From Escherichia phage UE-S1, in the sequence record ON568341.1: a DNA stretch of 64,000 bases, one strand, 5' to 3'. Each line of letters opens with the position of its first letter. Positions within the stretch are counted from its first letter, which is position 1. Shown here piece after piece: positions 19,370 through 29,314 of the stretch. The position numbers were made by a program, and so were the translations under genes. The notes below the pieces were generated by a model that saw nothing but the letters and a program-made list of their open reading frames with translations, searched no databases and had not been told where the DNA came from.

Positions 19370-19562
19370 ATGTCCATACTGTAACAGTACTCAATTAGCT
19401 CGTTTCCGTTTAGATTCAGACTGGGCGACTGGTGCTGGTGATTTCTTTCCTATTAATGATGATGCGGAATACACCGAAGAACAACTCAAAGATTTTGATA
19501 AATCATGGCGACCTGACATTGAGTGTATTTATTGCCTTAATTGTGAGCGTGTCCATGACTAA
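19362..19562 (+). CDS. small zinc-ribbon protein
   Basis: 66 aa; CPYCNS ... CIYCLNC paired CxxC motifs. Confidence 0.5.
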   Translation: MNKCPYCNSTQLARFRLDSDWATGAGDFFPINDDAEYTEEQLKDFDKSWRPDIECIYCLNCERVHD

Positions 19563-19818
19563 AGCTGAACTAATAGTTCATACATATAAAATGATATCAA
19601 GTACTGAGTCTTCGTATAGTGAAGATAATCCGGTACTGGATTATTTTGTTGAATTATTGAAAGAGCATTATATTGGTAAATCACTGATTCTCAATAATAT
19701 TAATTTCACGGTAAAGGATGTAGCACCTGGAAAAAACATACTAATAGTATGTGTTACTTCATCTGATAACCCAGTATACCCAATATCAATAATTTTTGAG
19801 ATATTAGGAGATTTATGA
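19555..19818 (+). CDS. family-2 small paralog
   Basis: Track ORF 19432..19818; ATG at 19555 overlaps upstream stop; HYIGKSLIL pattern. Confidence 0.55.
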   Translation: MTKAELIVHTYKMISSTESSYSEDNPVLDYFVELLKEHYIGKSLILNNINFTVKDVAPGKNILIVCVTSSDNPVYPISIIFEILGDL

Positions 19819-20105
19819 ATATCATTTTAATGCAGAAAACATATGCTATATTGGTGAAAGATTATTCCATTACTTTCGATTTACAAGAAAGTGCTCTGCA
19901 TAACCTATACAAAAACGTAACACAAGAATACAGAAATATGTTTTCTGACTTAGTAGTAGGAAGGTATTTCAGAACTAGAAAATACCCAAAACTTCAAATA
20001 GTTGATGTTTCTTTTTATTTCAATGGTCATATTACTATTCATAGTTTAGACCAAGATTCAACAACGTACTTAAACTTTTCATTTGATGAGGTAACATTTT
20101 TATGA
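19815..20105 (+). CDS. family-2 small paralog
   Basis: 96 aa; ATGA overlap. Confidence 0.55.
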   Translation: MNIILMQKTYAILVKDYSITFDLQESALHNLYKNVTQEYRNMFSDLVVGRYFRTRKYPKLQIVDVSFYFNGHITIHSLDQDSTTYLNFSFDEVTFL

Positions 20106-20278
20106 GAACAGTATTTTTTATCTGGAGTCTTTTTTCATTGGCAGTACTGACAGTATGTGGGATTTGTTTCCTTTCATCAATTAATACTTGGTATATCAAT
20201 TTACTATTTCCATTTGTCGGTGTTGGTTTAGGGTTTACTTTGCATAGTGTATGTAAGGATTACAATGAGAACAAATGA
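20102..20278 (+). CDS. small hydrophobic membrane peptide (58 aa), candidate
   Basis: ATGA overlap with upstream stop; MRTVFFIWSLFSLAVLTVCGICFL... two predicted TM segments; below track cutoff. Confidence 0.35.
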   Translation: MRTVFFIWSLFSLAVLTVCGICFLSSINTWYINLLFPFVGVGLGFTLHSVCKDYNENK

Positions 20279-20543
20279 AGTACTTATTGCTGAAACAATG
20301 AAGATGATTTACAATATCACGTCAGCACAGAATATGCCCTATCCAACTAAGTCTTTATTGAGGACTGTGTATCTGGGGATAGTACAGGAGTACTACAAAT
20401 CCAAGCACCTAAGCATTATTAGTGTTTATCGTGATTATGAAAGGATTCGTATTTTATTCTGGAACAAGAATCGAGTACGTTCTGAATGTGACCTAGTGGA
20501 CTTTAAATTAGAGAATCTTTATTGCTATAAACAGGGACAATAG
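20265..20543 (+). CDS. family-2-like small protein
   Basis: Track ORF 20247..20543 (GTG); ATG at 20265 with AAGGA RBS. Confidence 0.5.
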   Translation: MRTNEVLIAETMKMIYNITSAQNMPYPTKSLLRTVYLGIVQEYYKSKHLSIISVYRDYERIRILFWNKNRVRSECDLVDFKLENLYCYKQGQ

Positions 20544-20601
20544 TTTAATTCATGATATAATAATGGGTAAGGAACAATAATTAACACAAGGAGTGTGTGA
20601 A

Positions 20602-21330
20602 ATGCTTGACCGTATCCGTTTCGCTACAGAGATGGCGAATGAATTAAACATGGCAAATTTCCAAATGTTAACATCAGTAATGGCTGAACATGCATGTGCT
20701 TATTCTGTAAGTGGTGTGCAGTGTGGTCAGGAGAATATGTTAGCAGATGTTTATAGTGAAGTGCAAAGTAAGCAATATAGTGTAAAGACATATAAGGATA
20801 AGTTTGTTAGTCTTTATATGAACGAAGATATTGCCGAAGACCGTAAATTCACTGATTTTATTATTGAACGCCGAGTATCAGGTGTATCTAATCCTAATGC
20901 ATCAAGCGAGGAAGTTTTTGCAGAAGTACTGAAAGATATATACGAAAATGAATTAAAAAGTAAGAATCATTACAATGTACGTGAAACTAACACAGTGCTC
21001 TTGGGATATGATGAAGACGAAGAATACTATTATTTTCGTATGACTGAAGTTCCTTTTGAATACAAATCTCCATATACAACTACAGTGAAAGAATTTACTG
21101 AAAAAAGTAAAAACTTCATGAAGCATGAAGGAAATCGTTGTAGTATAAATGGTTATGACGAAAATGGCATTCACATTTATGAATGGGTTCACCCAAATTG
21201 TCAGACATACACTCGTTGCTTGAAAAAACGTTATAATTTAGAAGAGCATGAATCATTCTATTTTAAAGTTAAGAAGCAAGGTTATACTCGCCCCGCCGAT
21301 TCTGAATTGATGGGTATGATATATTTCTAA
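20602..21330 (+). CDS. hypothetical protein
   Basis: Track ORF 20593 (GTG); ATG at 20602 preceded by AAGGAG; 243 aa; TGATATAAT element upstream. Confidence 0.6.
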   Translation: MLDRIRFATEMANELNMANFQMLTSVMAEHACAYSVSGVQCGQENMLADVYSEVQSKQYSVKTYKDKFVSLYMNEDIAEDRKFTDFIIERRVSGVSNPNASSEEVFAEVLKDIYENELKSKNHYNVRETNTVLLGYDEDEEYYYFRMTEVPFEYKSPYTTTVKEFTEKSKNFMKHEGNRCSINGYDENGIHIYEWVHPNCQTYTRCLKKRYNLEEHESFYFKVKKQGYTRPADSELMGMIYF

Positions 21331-21340
21331 GGAAACTTCT

Positions 21341-21622
21341 ATGGATTTTTATCTACACACATGGACATACGAACAATATATTACATTATATCTTGAAATT
21401 ATTAACACAGAACCTAGGTGTGGTTGTTGGTTCGCAGATATCATAAAAGAGTATGCTGACGAGTTCGAGTTTGTGTATCTTGGGTCTGATATATTTGTAA
21501 AAAGTGTAGGTAAAACCGGACGAATCACTGATATAGATTACGACACTGTTAGTGTCAATTTCTATGTTGATTTTCCTGATGCTGGCGTTGATGGTGTATA
21601 TTGTCTTTATGAAATAATTTAA
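21341..21622 (+). CDS. hypothetical protein
   Basis: 93 aa ORF. Confidence 0.5.
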   Translation: MDFYLHTWTYEQYITLYLEIINTEPRCGCWFADIIKEYADEFEFVYLGSDIFVKSVGKTGRITDIDYDTVSVNFYVDFPDAGVDGVYCLYEII

Positions 21623-21630
21623 ATTCTTAG

Positions 21631-21654
21631 GCCAGCGTTTGCTGGTCTTTTTTC
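21631..21654 (+). terminator. rho-independent terminator candidate
   Basis: GCCAGCGTTTGCTGGT hairpin followed by T8. Confidence 0.5.
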
Positions 21655-21666
21655 GCAGGTACAAAG

Positions 21667-21969
21667 ATGTTCAGTATAGATTTAATTAACAGTACTATCA
21701 AAATGTTGGCTGATTTGGTGAGACAATCCAATGGAACTTTATATCCATCAATGTATAAAATGTTTGACCGATACATCAAGGATTGTAACATATCATTATA
21801 TGGACTTGCTGTTGATATAGACGATTACTATGGAATTAATACTTCATATGAAAGAGGAATTTTGATTGGTATTAATATAAAGATGGGATATTATCCTTAT
21901 TACTGTATAGGATTACCAGATAATACTTTTGTAGAATATCCAGCCAGTACTATTAAATTAAGAGGATAA
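21667..21969 (+). CDS. hypothetical protein
   Basis: 100 aa ORF. Confidence 0.5.
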   Translation: MFSIDLINSTIKMLADLVRQSNGTLYPSMYKMFDRYIKDCNISLYGLAVDIDDYYGINTSYERGILIGINIKMGYYPYYCIGLPDNTFVEYPASTIKLRG

Positions 21970-21976
21970 AACTAAA

Positions 21977-22555
21977 ATGAATGTATTAGAATTAAGTACT
22001 AAGCTGATTAGTATGCGTAATGAGTGGTACGATTGGTTTTATAATGGTACTGATATGGATTTTTCAAAATATCCATTTATGGAATCAGGATGTGATGCAA
22101 GATACCGCTGGTTGAGCAAAGATTGTTCTGGTTTACATATTCTAGTTGACGATAGTGGTCAGGGAATTATAAAAGATTTACTTCAAGTTGAACAACTCGT
22201 CCATGATAATTGGTGTGATAACGATCCATACCTTGGAAATATGATTTATGTAAGTGAAGATGATTGCATATTCGTTATCCAGCGTCATGGTAATTCTATG
22301 TTTTATGTAGCAGATAGCAGTACTCCAGAAGGTGCAGCAGCCGATGGACTTATGCCTAAGATTGATATATTGGAATTTGGATTACCTGAGCACTTCCAGA
22401 TTAGTACTTTATACGATATTCCACCACTTGAGTTCTTTGAAGAATTTAAATTGTACTACAATGATCTTCAAAAATTGAGTACTGATCGACGCATTGAAAT
22501 AACTGTTAAGTACATGGACGGAACGAAATTAACTGATACGGGGATAGAATTTTGA
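21977..22555 (+). CDS. family-1 paralog (dispersed copy)
   Basis: 192 aa; LPEHFQISTLY motif. Confidence 0.65.
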   Translation: MNVLELSTKLISMRNEWYDWFYNGTDMDFSKYPFMESGCDARYRWLSKDCSGLHILVDDSGQGIIKDLLQVEQLVHDNWCDNDPYLGNMIYVSEDDCIFVIQRHGNSMFYVADSSTPEGAAADGLMPKIDILEFGLPEHFQISTLYDIPPLEFFEEFKLYYNDLQKLSTDRRIEITVKYMDGTKLTDTGIEF

Positions 22556-23241
22556 TTAAAGATTTAGATAGAATTTTATATGTACTAAGGGGTGTAATTA
22601 CATTACATCCACAAATCAATCGAATTGAAAGTACATTTCAGTTGGAGTCAAGAGAAACTCCATATTCACATATATCAAATGTAGTTGGTTCACTCAGTAC
22701 TGAAGACTCGTCTTACGATATTTGTGTATGTGAAGTACAACCAAGTTCGGATCTTGGATTTGCTATTTTTGATAAAGATCAAAATCTCATTAGTATGTTT
22801 CAGTGCAATAATCCTTTTTGGAAAACATGCCTGTATCCAGAGTGGGCTATGCTTGATCCAACCAAGAGTACCATTAAAGTTTATGACTCTAAAAATGATG
22901 AAGTCGTTATTGATTTGGATGAGTCAATGTCAGAGGAAGAACACTTTCAGCTAATGATGATGCGTGCTATGCCGGAATACAATGCAATGATTAACACTGT
23001 GCAATACATTAAGGATACCATGCCAGCGTTGCGTACACATGAGTTTTGTCATCCGGTATTGTATGAACATCTAGATTTAGACTTCAGTACTATTAAATTT
23101 AAAGATAGTGTTAAAAAATATATTCAAGAGAATGTTAAATTTGATTTTATTAGTACTATGAACAATAATCCAAAAACTAATTTTAGGCATCAGTACAATG
23201 AATCTTTGTCTAATGGACGTGATACCAGTTGGTGGAAATAA
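22552..23241 (+). CDS. family-1 paralog (dispersed copy)
   Basis: 229 aa; SEEEHFQLMMM motif; ATGA overlap. Confidence 0.65.
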   Translation: MIKDLDRILYVLRGVITLHPQINRIESTFQLESRETPYSHISNVVGSLSTEDSSYDICVCEVQPSSDLGFAIFDKDQNLISMFQCNNPFWKTCLYPEWAMLDPTKSTIKVYDSKNDEVVIDLDESMSEEEHFQLMMMRAMPEYNAMINTVQYIKDTMPALRTHEFCHPVLYEHLDLDFSTIKFKDSVKKYIQENVKFDFISTMNNNPKTNFRHQYNESLSNGRDTSWWK

Positions 23242-23242
23242 T

Positions 23243-23506
23243 ATGAATATTCAAGATAGATTACAATTACTGTACACACTTGAACAGGCTGCTTATGATC
23301 TTGTTCGAAAAATCTCAGATGAACTACCTAAAGGAACTAAAGTTCGTGTACGTGAGATGAATTATTTTTCTGGAGTAATTGAAGAACAAGTACTAACAGT
23401 GAATAAAGTAACATACTATGAATCTGAGTTGTCTATTCAGTGTGAATCTGATGATGGATTAATATCATATTATGGAACTGATGTAGATATAGAGGTAATA
23501 AAATGA
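23243..23506 (+). CDS. family-2 small paralog
   Basis: Track ORF 23198..23506; ATG at 23243 just after upstream stop; LPKGTKVRV pattern. Confidence 0.55.
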   Translation: MNIQDRLQLLYTLEQAAYDLVRKISDELPKGTKVRVREMNYFSGVIEEQVLTVNKVTYYESELSIQCESDDGLISYYGTDVDIEVIK

Positions 23507-24645
23507 CCCTTTTGCAAATATATGAAGATTTAATGCACTTATGTAATACAAACGATGCATTCTTTTATGTGGATCATAAAAGTCCTGCTGGTGGCACGTA
23601 TCGTGTATTCAGTTATCGCCTAGCATCATACAATGATTTCATGCAACCAAATGCACTAGAAACCCGTGGCTCTATGTGGGAAATTGATGAAGAAGGTAAT
23701 ATGATTCGTTGTGCTGCTCGTACTATGAAAAAGTTCTTCAATGCTTACGAGAATCCTGCTACAATGTTCCCTGCTAACACCACATGCGATGACATTGCGG
23801 TAGTGATGCCTAAATTAGATGGTTCAGTGATCAGTACTTACCGTGATAATGATGGTGAGATTCGTTGTAAATCACATACTGCATTGTATTCTGACCATGC
23901 GATTAACAGTACTCGACTTATTAACGAAAACCAGAATTTGTATCAGTACATCGACGAAGCTGAACGTTTAGGTTACACAGTTAATATGGAGTATACAAGC
24001 CCAGAGTACCGAATTGTATTACCATATCAGGTAGAACAACTGTTTGTATTGAACGTTCGTCATCGTGTGAGTGGTGAGTTGCTATGTGGTAAAGCACTAC
24101 GTGATAAGTTTCCATGTCTTGCACAGTACAGCACTAACATGACAGGCCAAGATATTCATCACACTTTTCCTGTACGAAATACATTCCGTGAAAGTGTTGA
24201 TGAAGTTCATAAAATGCTTGATATTGAGGGGTTTGTGTGCATCTTAAATAATGGGACAATGTGTAAAATAAAGACTGACTGGTACAGTTCATTACATCTT
24301 ACAAAAGATAGTATTATTATTGATTCTCATTTATATGAAGCTGTATTAAATGGTTCAAGTGATGATTTAAAACAATTGTTCAGTACTGATGAATATGCTA
24401 TGCAAAAGATATTAAGAATGGAACAGTTGGTTTTTTCGTGCTATAATGCATTACAAGATGAAGTAGAAAGCTTCGTCAATGAACACAAGCACTTAGAGCG
24501 AAAGGAATTCGCATTGAAGGTTCAGTCGTGTTTATCTAGTGAACTGAATCGTCAGGGCTTGGCATTTGCAATGTATAATAATAAGAAAGTTGATTATAAA
24601 GATACTCTTATCAAATACATGAAAATTATACTAAAAGATTTTTAG
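23503..24645 (+). CDS. rnlA: RNA ligase 1 (T4 RnlA-like)
   Basis: 380 aa; N-terminal region and KLDG adenylation motif align by eye with recalled T4 Rnl1 (FFY.D..S..G.TYR.FSY..ASY.D...P.ALE.RG.MF). Confidence 0.85.
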   Translation: MTLLQIYEDLMHLCNTNDAFFYVDHKSPAGGTYRVFSYRLASYNDFMQPNALETRGSMWEIDEEGNMIRCAARTMKKFFNAYENPATMFPANTTCDDIAVVMPKLDGSVISTYRDNDGEIRCKSHTALYSDHAINSTRLINENQNLYQYIDEAERLGYTVNMEYTSPEYRIVLPYQVEQLFVLNVRHRVSGELLCGKALRDKFPCLAQYSTNMTGQDIHHTFPVRNTFRESVDEVHKMLDIEGFVCILNNGTMCKIKTDWYSSLHLTKDSIIIDSHLYEAVLNGSSDDLKQLFSTDEYAMQKILRMEQLVFSCYNALQDEVESFVNEHKHLERKEFALKVQSCLSSELNRQGLAFAMYNNKKVDYKDTLIKYMKIILKDF

Positions 24646-24675
24646 TACTAACTAGCCTAAGCACAAGGAGAAGTG

Positions 24676-24930
24676 ATGGCTAAACCTAAGTATAAAAATG
24701 ACGGTTCCCTTTCTCCAACTGAGTTCAGGAAAATACAACAAGAAATCGATGAATTACAGCACAAACGCTCAATGAAAGGTGTGAAGATAAGTAAGAAGAG
24801 AATCGAGAATACTTTCGGATGTAGTAGTACTGAATATAAGAAGAAAAGGAAACCGAAGGGTGTTAAGCCGAGAATACATGATGTAACTCGCTATACATCA
24901 AAACGTGAAAATAAATTTGATCCACTATAA
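24676..24930 (+). CDS. small Lys/Arg-rich protein
   Basis: Track ORF 24673 (GTG); ATG at 24676 after AAGGAG; MAKPKYKND... highly basic. Confidence 0.5.
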   Translation: MAKPKYKNDGSLSPTEFRKIQQEIDELQHKRSMKGVKISKKRIENTFGCSSTEYKKKRKPKGVKPRIHDVTRYTSKRENKFDPL

Positions 24931-24939
24931 GGAGTTCAT

Positions 24940-25170
24940 ATGAAAGTTGAAGTTCAGCATAGTATTGTTCAAGATATGTCTGTAGTTAAATTTCTTTCAT
25001 TAAAAGATTACTTTAGATGTATCAAGTTCCTAGAAGAATCTCATTTAAAATGGACTCCATTAAAGTACAGTTCATCCAAAGACACTGCTAGTATTCGTTG
25101 TGATGAAGCTGTACTCGTAAAAATCTCTAAAAGATTTGGGATAGGTAAAGTGAATGAGCACAGTAAATGA
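24940..25170 (+). CDS. hypothetical small protein
   Basis: 76 aa ORF with GGAG RBS. Confidence 0.5.
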   Translation: MKVEVQHSIVQDMSVVKFLSLKDYFRCIKFLEESHLKWTPLKYSSSKDTASIRCDEAVLVKISKRFGIGKVNEHSK

Positions 25171-25408
25171 ACTAAAATACTACAACAAAATTGCGGATAC
25201 GTTTATTACTCATTTATATGAAGAATTCAGTAGTATCCGCAAGGAATATACAGGTAAATGTATTTTATATAGTTCTTATCTTAGTGGAAGAATTGAACGT
25301 GCTTACATTACTAAAGTGAAGTTTTCTGATGATTATCAATTACTATTTGAATTGGATGATTGTTTAGTCATTGAAGCTGATTTAATAGTAGATGTGCTGA
25401 ACAATTGA
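25154..25408 (+). CDS. family-2 small paralog
   Basis: 84 aa; IRKEYTGKCILY pattern. Confidence 0.55.
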   Translation: MSTVNELKYYNKIADTFITHLYEEFSSIRKEYTGKCILYSSYLSGRIERAYITKVKFSDDYQLLFELDDCLVIEADLIVDVLNN

Positions 25409-25414
25409 GGACAT

Positions 25415-25729
25415 ATGAATAAAGAACTTGCATATAAGGGTATCGAAAAGCTAAAGTTCGTTGAAAAGGAACTAATAGAATCAGTTGAAACAATGGTTGA
25501 AGATTACGTTTTTGATTTTAAGAAAACATTAATTGGATGTAAAGTCAAATGCTGGGATCATACCATTAGAGAATGGTTCAGTGCTATAATTCTTGATGTT
25601 AAAGTATCTCGAACTGGTATTGGTAACTTAGTAAATGGTGAATGCTTTGTATACACTGAATACAATAACGGTACAAGACACCTTTCAAAAGGATGGCACA
25701 ATCTCGAAGATGTAGAATTCATTGAGTAA
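25415..25729 (+). CDS. family-2-like small protein
   Basis: 104 aa; KTLIGCKVKCW pattern. Confidence 0.5.
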   Translation: MNKELAYKGIEKLKFVEKELIESVETMVEDYVFDFKKTLIGCKVKCWDHTIREWFSAIILDVKVSRTGIGNLVNGECFVYTEYNNGTRHLSKGWHNLEDVEFIE

Positions 25730-25741
25730 CAAGGAGTAATA

Positions 25742-26674
25742 ATGCCAACTATCACCTTAACAATTGGGTTGCCTGGGTGTGGTAAAACTACATGGGCAGT
25801 GCAAGAGATTAAAAACGCCAAATCTAAGACTATCAACATCAACCGTGATGATATTCGTGAATCTATGGCGGGGTCACATGATGCTTACAAATTCAACGAT
25901 GCTAATGAGCAGTACGTAACTACTTTACAGTTCAGTGCAGCAAATTTAGCAGCAGAGAATGGTTGGAACATCATCATATCCGATACGAACCTTAAACAAC
26001 ATTTCCGTGATCTCTGGAAAGTATGGGCTAAAGATAATGATTATGATTACAAAGAAAAGAACTTCTATGATGATTTTGTACCTAATGAAGACCGTGGTGC
26101 AGATGTTCATGAATTCTTTAAGATTAAAGAGTTCGTAAAACTTTGTAAGAAATATAACCGCCAGCGTGAGCGTTCAGTACAAGATAATATCATTGATACG
26201 ATGGCAGATACTTACTATTATAGTAAAGCAATGCACATTGGTTACTATGGTAATTCAAGAGAAGCCTCTGTTATCGTTGATATCGACGGAACTCTTGCTC
26301 ATAAATGGGGTCGTAATCCTTACGATGAAAGTACTGTACTACAAGATACACCAGATGAAGAAGTTATTTTGTCTATTATCGCTGAAGCAGTTTTCCATAA
26401 ACGTAAGATTATTGTAATGAGTGGGCGTACTGAAGGGTGTCGTGCAGACACAGAACAGTGGCTTAAGAATTGGGGTGTTCCTTACGATGCATTGTTTATG
26501 CGAGGCATCGATGATAAACGACCCGATGATGTGGTAAAATATGAGTTGTATATGAATAACGTCGTGCATCATTACGATGTTAAAAAAGTATACGATGACA
26601 GATCACAAGTCGTATTCATGTGGCGTAAACTACTTGGATTAAAAGTGATGCAAGTTGCAGAAGGAAATTTCTGA
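25742..26674 (+). CDS. pseT: polynucleotide 5'-kinase / 3'-phosphatase (T4 PseT-like)
   Basis: 310 aa; N-terminal P-loop ITLTIGLPGCGKTTWA; HAD phosphatase motif VDIDGTLA; C-terminal DDR.QVV.MWR as in recalled T4 Pnk. Confidence 0.9.
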   Translation: MPTITLTIGLPGCGKTTWAVQEIKNAKSKTININRDDIRESMAGSHDAYKFNDANEQYVTTLQFSAANLAAENGWNIIISDTNLKQHFRDLWKVWAKDNDYDYKEKNFYDDFVPNEDRGADVHEFFKIKEFVKLCKKYNRQRERSVQDNIIDTMADTYYYSKAMHIGYYGNSREASVIVDIDGTLAHKWGRNPYDESTVLQDTPDEEVILSIIAEAVFHKRKIIVMSGRTEGCRADTEQWLKNWGVPYDALFMRGIDDKRPDDVVKYELYMNNVVHHYDVKKVYDDRSQVVFMWRKLLGLKVMQVAEGNF

Positions 26675-26681
26675 CACAAAA

Positions 26682-26706
26682 GGGATCAATGTATGATCCC
26701 TTTTTC
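26682..26706 (+). terminator. rho-independent terminator
   Basis: GGGATCAATGTATGATCCC hairpin followed by TTTTTC. Confidence 0.6.
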
Positions 26707-26723
26707 TTTTAAGGTATATTATA

Positions 26724-26900
26724 ATGAATGTAAAAACACAGATGTTATTACAAAAAGAATACTTAGAAAATATAGAAATGTTCTATAGATTGTCTTTATA
26801 CGAAAATAAACATAAAAAATATAACTTTTCTAAACAACTAACCACAAGTACTAATGATTATCTATTTTCATCAATGTTTTATGTGAGAGGTTTATTATAA
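26724..26900 (+). CDS. small hypothetical protein (58 aa), candidate
   Basis: ATG-led ORF whose TAA overlaps next ATG (TAATG); below track cutoff. Confidence 0.3.
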   Translation: MNVKTQMLLQKEYLENIEMFYRLSLYENKHKKYNFSKQLTTSTNDYLFSSMFYVRGLL

Positions 26901-27157
26901 TGGATAAATTTCACACAGATATAACACAGATAGGTAATCTTATCAATAGTCTAATTACTGATTTAGAAGAAAAGTACTTAGGTCGAAATGTATACGTTGA
27001 AATGTATGAAACATATGGTGTTATTGATATGATTTATTACAGTGCATTGAAGTGTGAAATACGTTTAACAGTATGTTTGTTTGAAAAAGATACATTCAAC
27101 AGAAGTACTGCAATTCGTCAGGTTGGTGTAGATGACATTGAATTATATGAGGAATAA
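26900..27157 (+). CDS. family-2 small paralog
   Basis: 85 aa; LEEKYLGRNVYV pattern. Confidence 0.55.
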   Translation: MDKFHTDITQIGNLINSLITDLEEKYLGRNVYVEMYETYGVIDMIYYSALKCEIRLTVCLFEKDTFNRSTAIRQVGVDDIELYEE

Positions 27158-27411
27158 TGATGTTTGAACAGGACGTAGAGCTATTCAAAAGACATATTGA
27201 ATATTTGACTGTTTTAGAGAATGATTTAACCACAAAATACAAAGGAATTAGAGTCCAGTGTTGGTATGATGACTGGGATTATAAAAGGGAACTTACTATT
27301 GACCGAATTTATTTCAGTGATGGTGTACTGAATGTACATGGTGTAAATGATTTTGGTCATTCATATACATATTCTAATAATGCTAAATTTAAAAGGATCT
27401 GCAATGAATGA
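27157..27411 (+). CDS. family-2 small paralog
   Basis: 84 aa; LTTKYKGIRVQ pattern. Confidence 0.55.
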   Translation: MMFEQDVELFKRHIEYLTVLENDLTTKYKGIRVQCWYDDWDYKRELTIDRIYFSDGVLNVHGVNDFGHSYTYSNNAKFKRICNE

Positions 27412-27706
27412 ATATTATCATAATTTATTCGATTACATAAAACTAATAGATGATCTTTCTTTTGAATTTCTCAGTACTGAAAAAGTTGATGAACCTCTCT
27501 ATTATGATTGTATTAGTTCACTGTGTTTAGATGAAAAAGAGATATTAGCAAATAACTTACCATCCACGGTCTGTGTAATCAATGGTTCCAAGGCTGTGGT
27601 GTCTGAGGTTAATTTTCATAAATCACTTAATACAATTGTTTACAAGTTCGATAACACTTGGTTTAATCACGTAACTAGTAATATTAAATCTGTGAGATTT
27701 TTATGA
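27404..27706 (+). CDS. hypothetical small protein
   Basis: Track ORF 27347..27706; ATG at 27404 after AAAGGA, overlapping upstream stop. Confidence 0.5.
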   Translation: MNEYYHNLFDYIKLIDDLSFEFLSTEKVDEPLYYDCISSLCLDEKEILANNLPSTVCVINGSKAVVSEVNFHKSLNTIVYKFDNTWFNHVTSNIKSVRFL

Positions 27707-27999
27707 ATATAAAAAAATTATTTGAACAAGTAAATTTATTGTACTTGTGTTCAGACGGCTCAGATAAGGAATATAGTGAAGTTTATTTAGAACTATTTAG
27801 AACTGAAATACATCTAATTCGAAGATACCTAATTGATAACAAAACTGAAGTAAAAGTTAGATACCATAATGGTACTTTAAAGAATGGTATAATTATTGGA
27901 TTGATAGTTACAAGAATGTCCAGTAATATTAAAGTTGCAGTAAGATTAATGACTGATGATGGTGTCTACACAATAGAAGCTAATGAGATTATATATTAA
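27703..27999 (+). CDS. family-2 small paralog
   Basis: 98 aa; ATGA overlap. Confidence 0.55.
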   Translation: MNIKKLFEQVNLLYLCSDGSDKEYSEVYLELFRTEIHLIRRYLIDNKTEVKVRYHNGTLKNGIIIGLIVTRMSSNIKVAVRLMTDDGVYTIEANEIIY

Positions 28000-28305
28000 A
28001 TGGATATACAAACATTCAATAAACTAAAGTACTATGATAATGGTTTTGTATTAATAATTAACGAACTTGATAGTATACCATACGAATATCATAATCAAGT
28101 AATGAATATAGTAAAAAATATATGTGAAGAACTAAAAAGTATATTTAAAAATGAATATGTTTATGATTTAGGTAATAATAGAACAAAACTATACATAAAG
28201 AAATTCTGGGGAACACATTGTGGTTTGATGGTCGATTTGGGTTTAAGTTTAGACAATAATTTCGAATCATGTTCATTATATTTGGACGAAATGAGAATCT
28301 CATGA
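28000..28305 (+). CDS. family-2-like small protein
   Basis: 101 aa ORF immediately after upstream stop. Confidence 0.5.
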   Translation: MDIQTFNKLKYYDNGFVLIINELDSIPYEYHNQVMNIVKNICEELKSIFKNEYVYDLGNNRTKLYIKKFWGTHCGLMVDLGLSLDNNFESCSLYLDEMRIS

Positions 28306-28362
28306 GACATAAGGACATTCGGTGATATAATTTGATTATATCATTAATAAGGAGAGGTTGAA

Positions 28363-28689
28363 GTGAATGGGTCGTTTTTAGAAATACTAGAAAAGACAAC
28401 TGGGATGCTTTCAAGTTCACTAATGCACATTTTCAGTACTAGTAATTTTTACGATTCGCGTGTGTTAGATGTAATTTGTAATAGCTATGTTGAATGTGTG
28501 TCTAATACAATATGTCCATTTAACGCTTATTCAAATGATGGTGTTGAAAAGTTTATTATATCCAAGATTCAATGTGGTTTTGGTGATTGGATAGTTCTAT
28601 GTGAACGTAGTGGTGTGTCTTTATACATCGAAGAAATTGGAAAATTTATATACAAAGGAGTAGAATATGTTAGTCCCAATTATTATTAG
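28363..28689 (+). CDS. hypothetical protein
   Basis: 108 aa; GTG start after AAGGAGAGG; TGATATAAT palindrome upstream. Confidence 0.5.
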   Translation: MNGSFLEILEKTTGMLSSSLMHIFSTSNFYDSRVLDVICNSYVECVSNTICPFNAYSNDGVEKFIISKIQCGFGDWIVLCERSGVSLYIEEIGKFIYKGVEYVSPNYY

Positions 28690-29314
28690 TAGTGCATATG
28701 TCATCGGTATTATTATTTCTGGTATGCTTGCATATAACTATAACAGAAGTATTCTAGGTTATGCAGTACTTGGTGCAGTTCTAAGCCCAGTAATTGCAAT
28801 TGGTGTTCTTATCATCTTAGGTGAGAAAAACACAAAATATTTTATTACTGAAGAACTTGATAAAATCACTCCAGCACCGGAGACGGTTATTCCAGAAGTT
28901 GAAGAAGAAGTAAAAGAAGTTGAAGTTCAAATGCAAGTTAAAGTACATAATACACTCGAAGAAACTGATCCTAAAGTTGTGGTGAATGTAGTTCCTGTCG
29001 TTGAAGATGTAAAACCAAAAGCCCAAAGATCCAAAAAAACCACTAAAACACAGAAAAATACTAAAACTGCAAAAAAATCACGTAACACTAAAGGTAAGAA
29101 TAAAGGGAAATCGACGGATGAACAACAACTAGGTGTTCATAACCATACTGCACAAATTACATCGGCAGCGGCAGCGGGGGCAATCGTAACATCACCAATC
29201 TACAACAATGATGATTACAGTGATTATAGTCGTCACAGTAGTTCCCCTTCTGATTCTTGTTCTTATGATAGTTCTAGCTCTGATTCAAGTTCATCTTCTG
29301 GAAGTTGTGATTAA
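28667..29314 (+). CDS. membrane protein with Lys-rich linker and Ser/Asp low-complexity tail
   Basis: 215 aa; two N-terminal hydrophobic helices; KKTTKTQKNTKTAKKSRNTKGKNKGK; C-terminal SSSDSSSSSGSCD. Confidence 0.6.
   Translation: MLVPIIISSAYVIGIIISGMLAYNYNRSILGYAVLGAVLSPVIAIGVLIILGEKNTKYFITEELDKITPAPETVIPEVEEEVKEVEVQMQVKVHNTLEETDPKVVVNVVPVVEDVKPKAQRSKKTTKTQKNTKTAKKSRNTKGKNKGKSTDEQQLGVHNHTAQITSAAAAGAIVTSPIYNNDDYSDYSRHSSSPSDSCSYDSSSSDSSSSSGSCD

Noticed and set aside
26166-26417. Nested plus-strand ORF inside pseT
   Set aside because: Out-of-frame overlap with a gene that has strong homology support.
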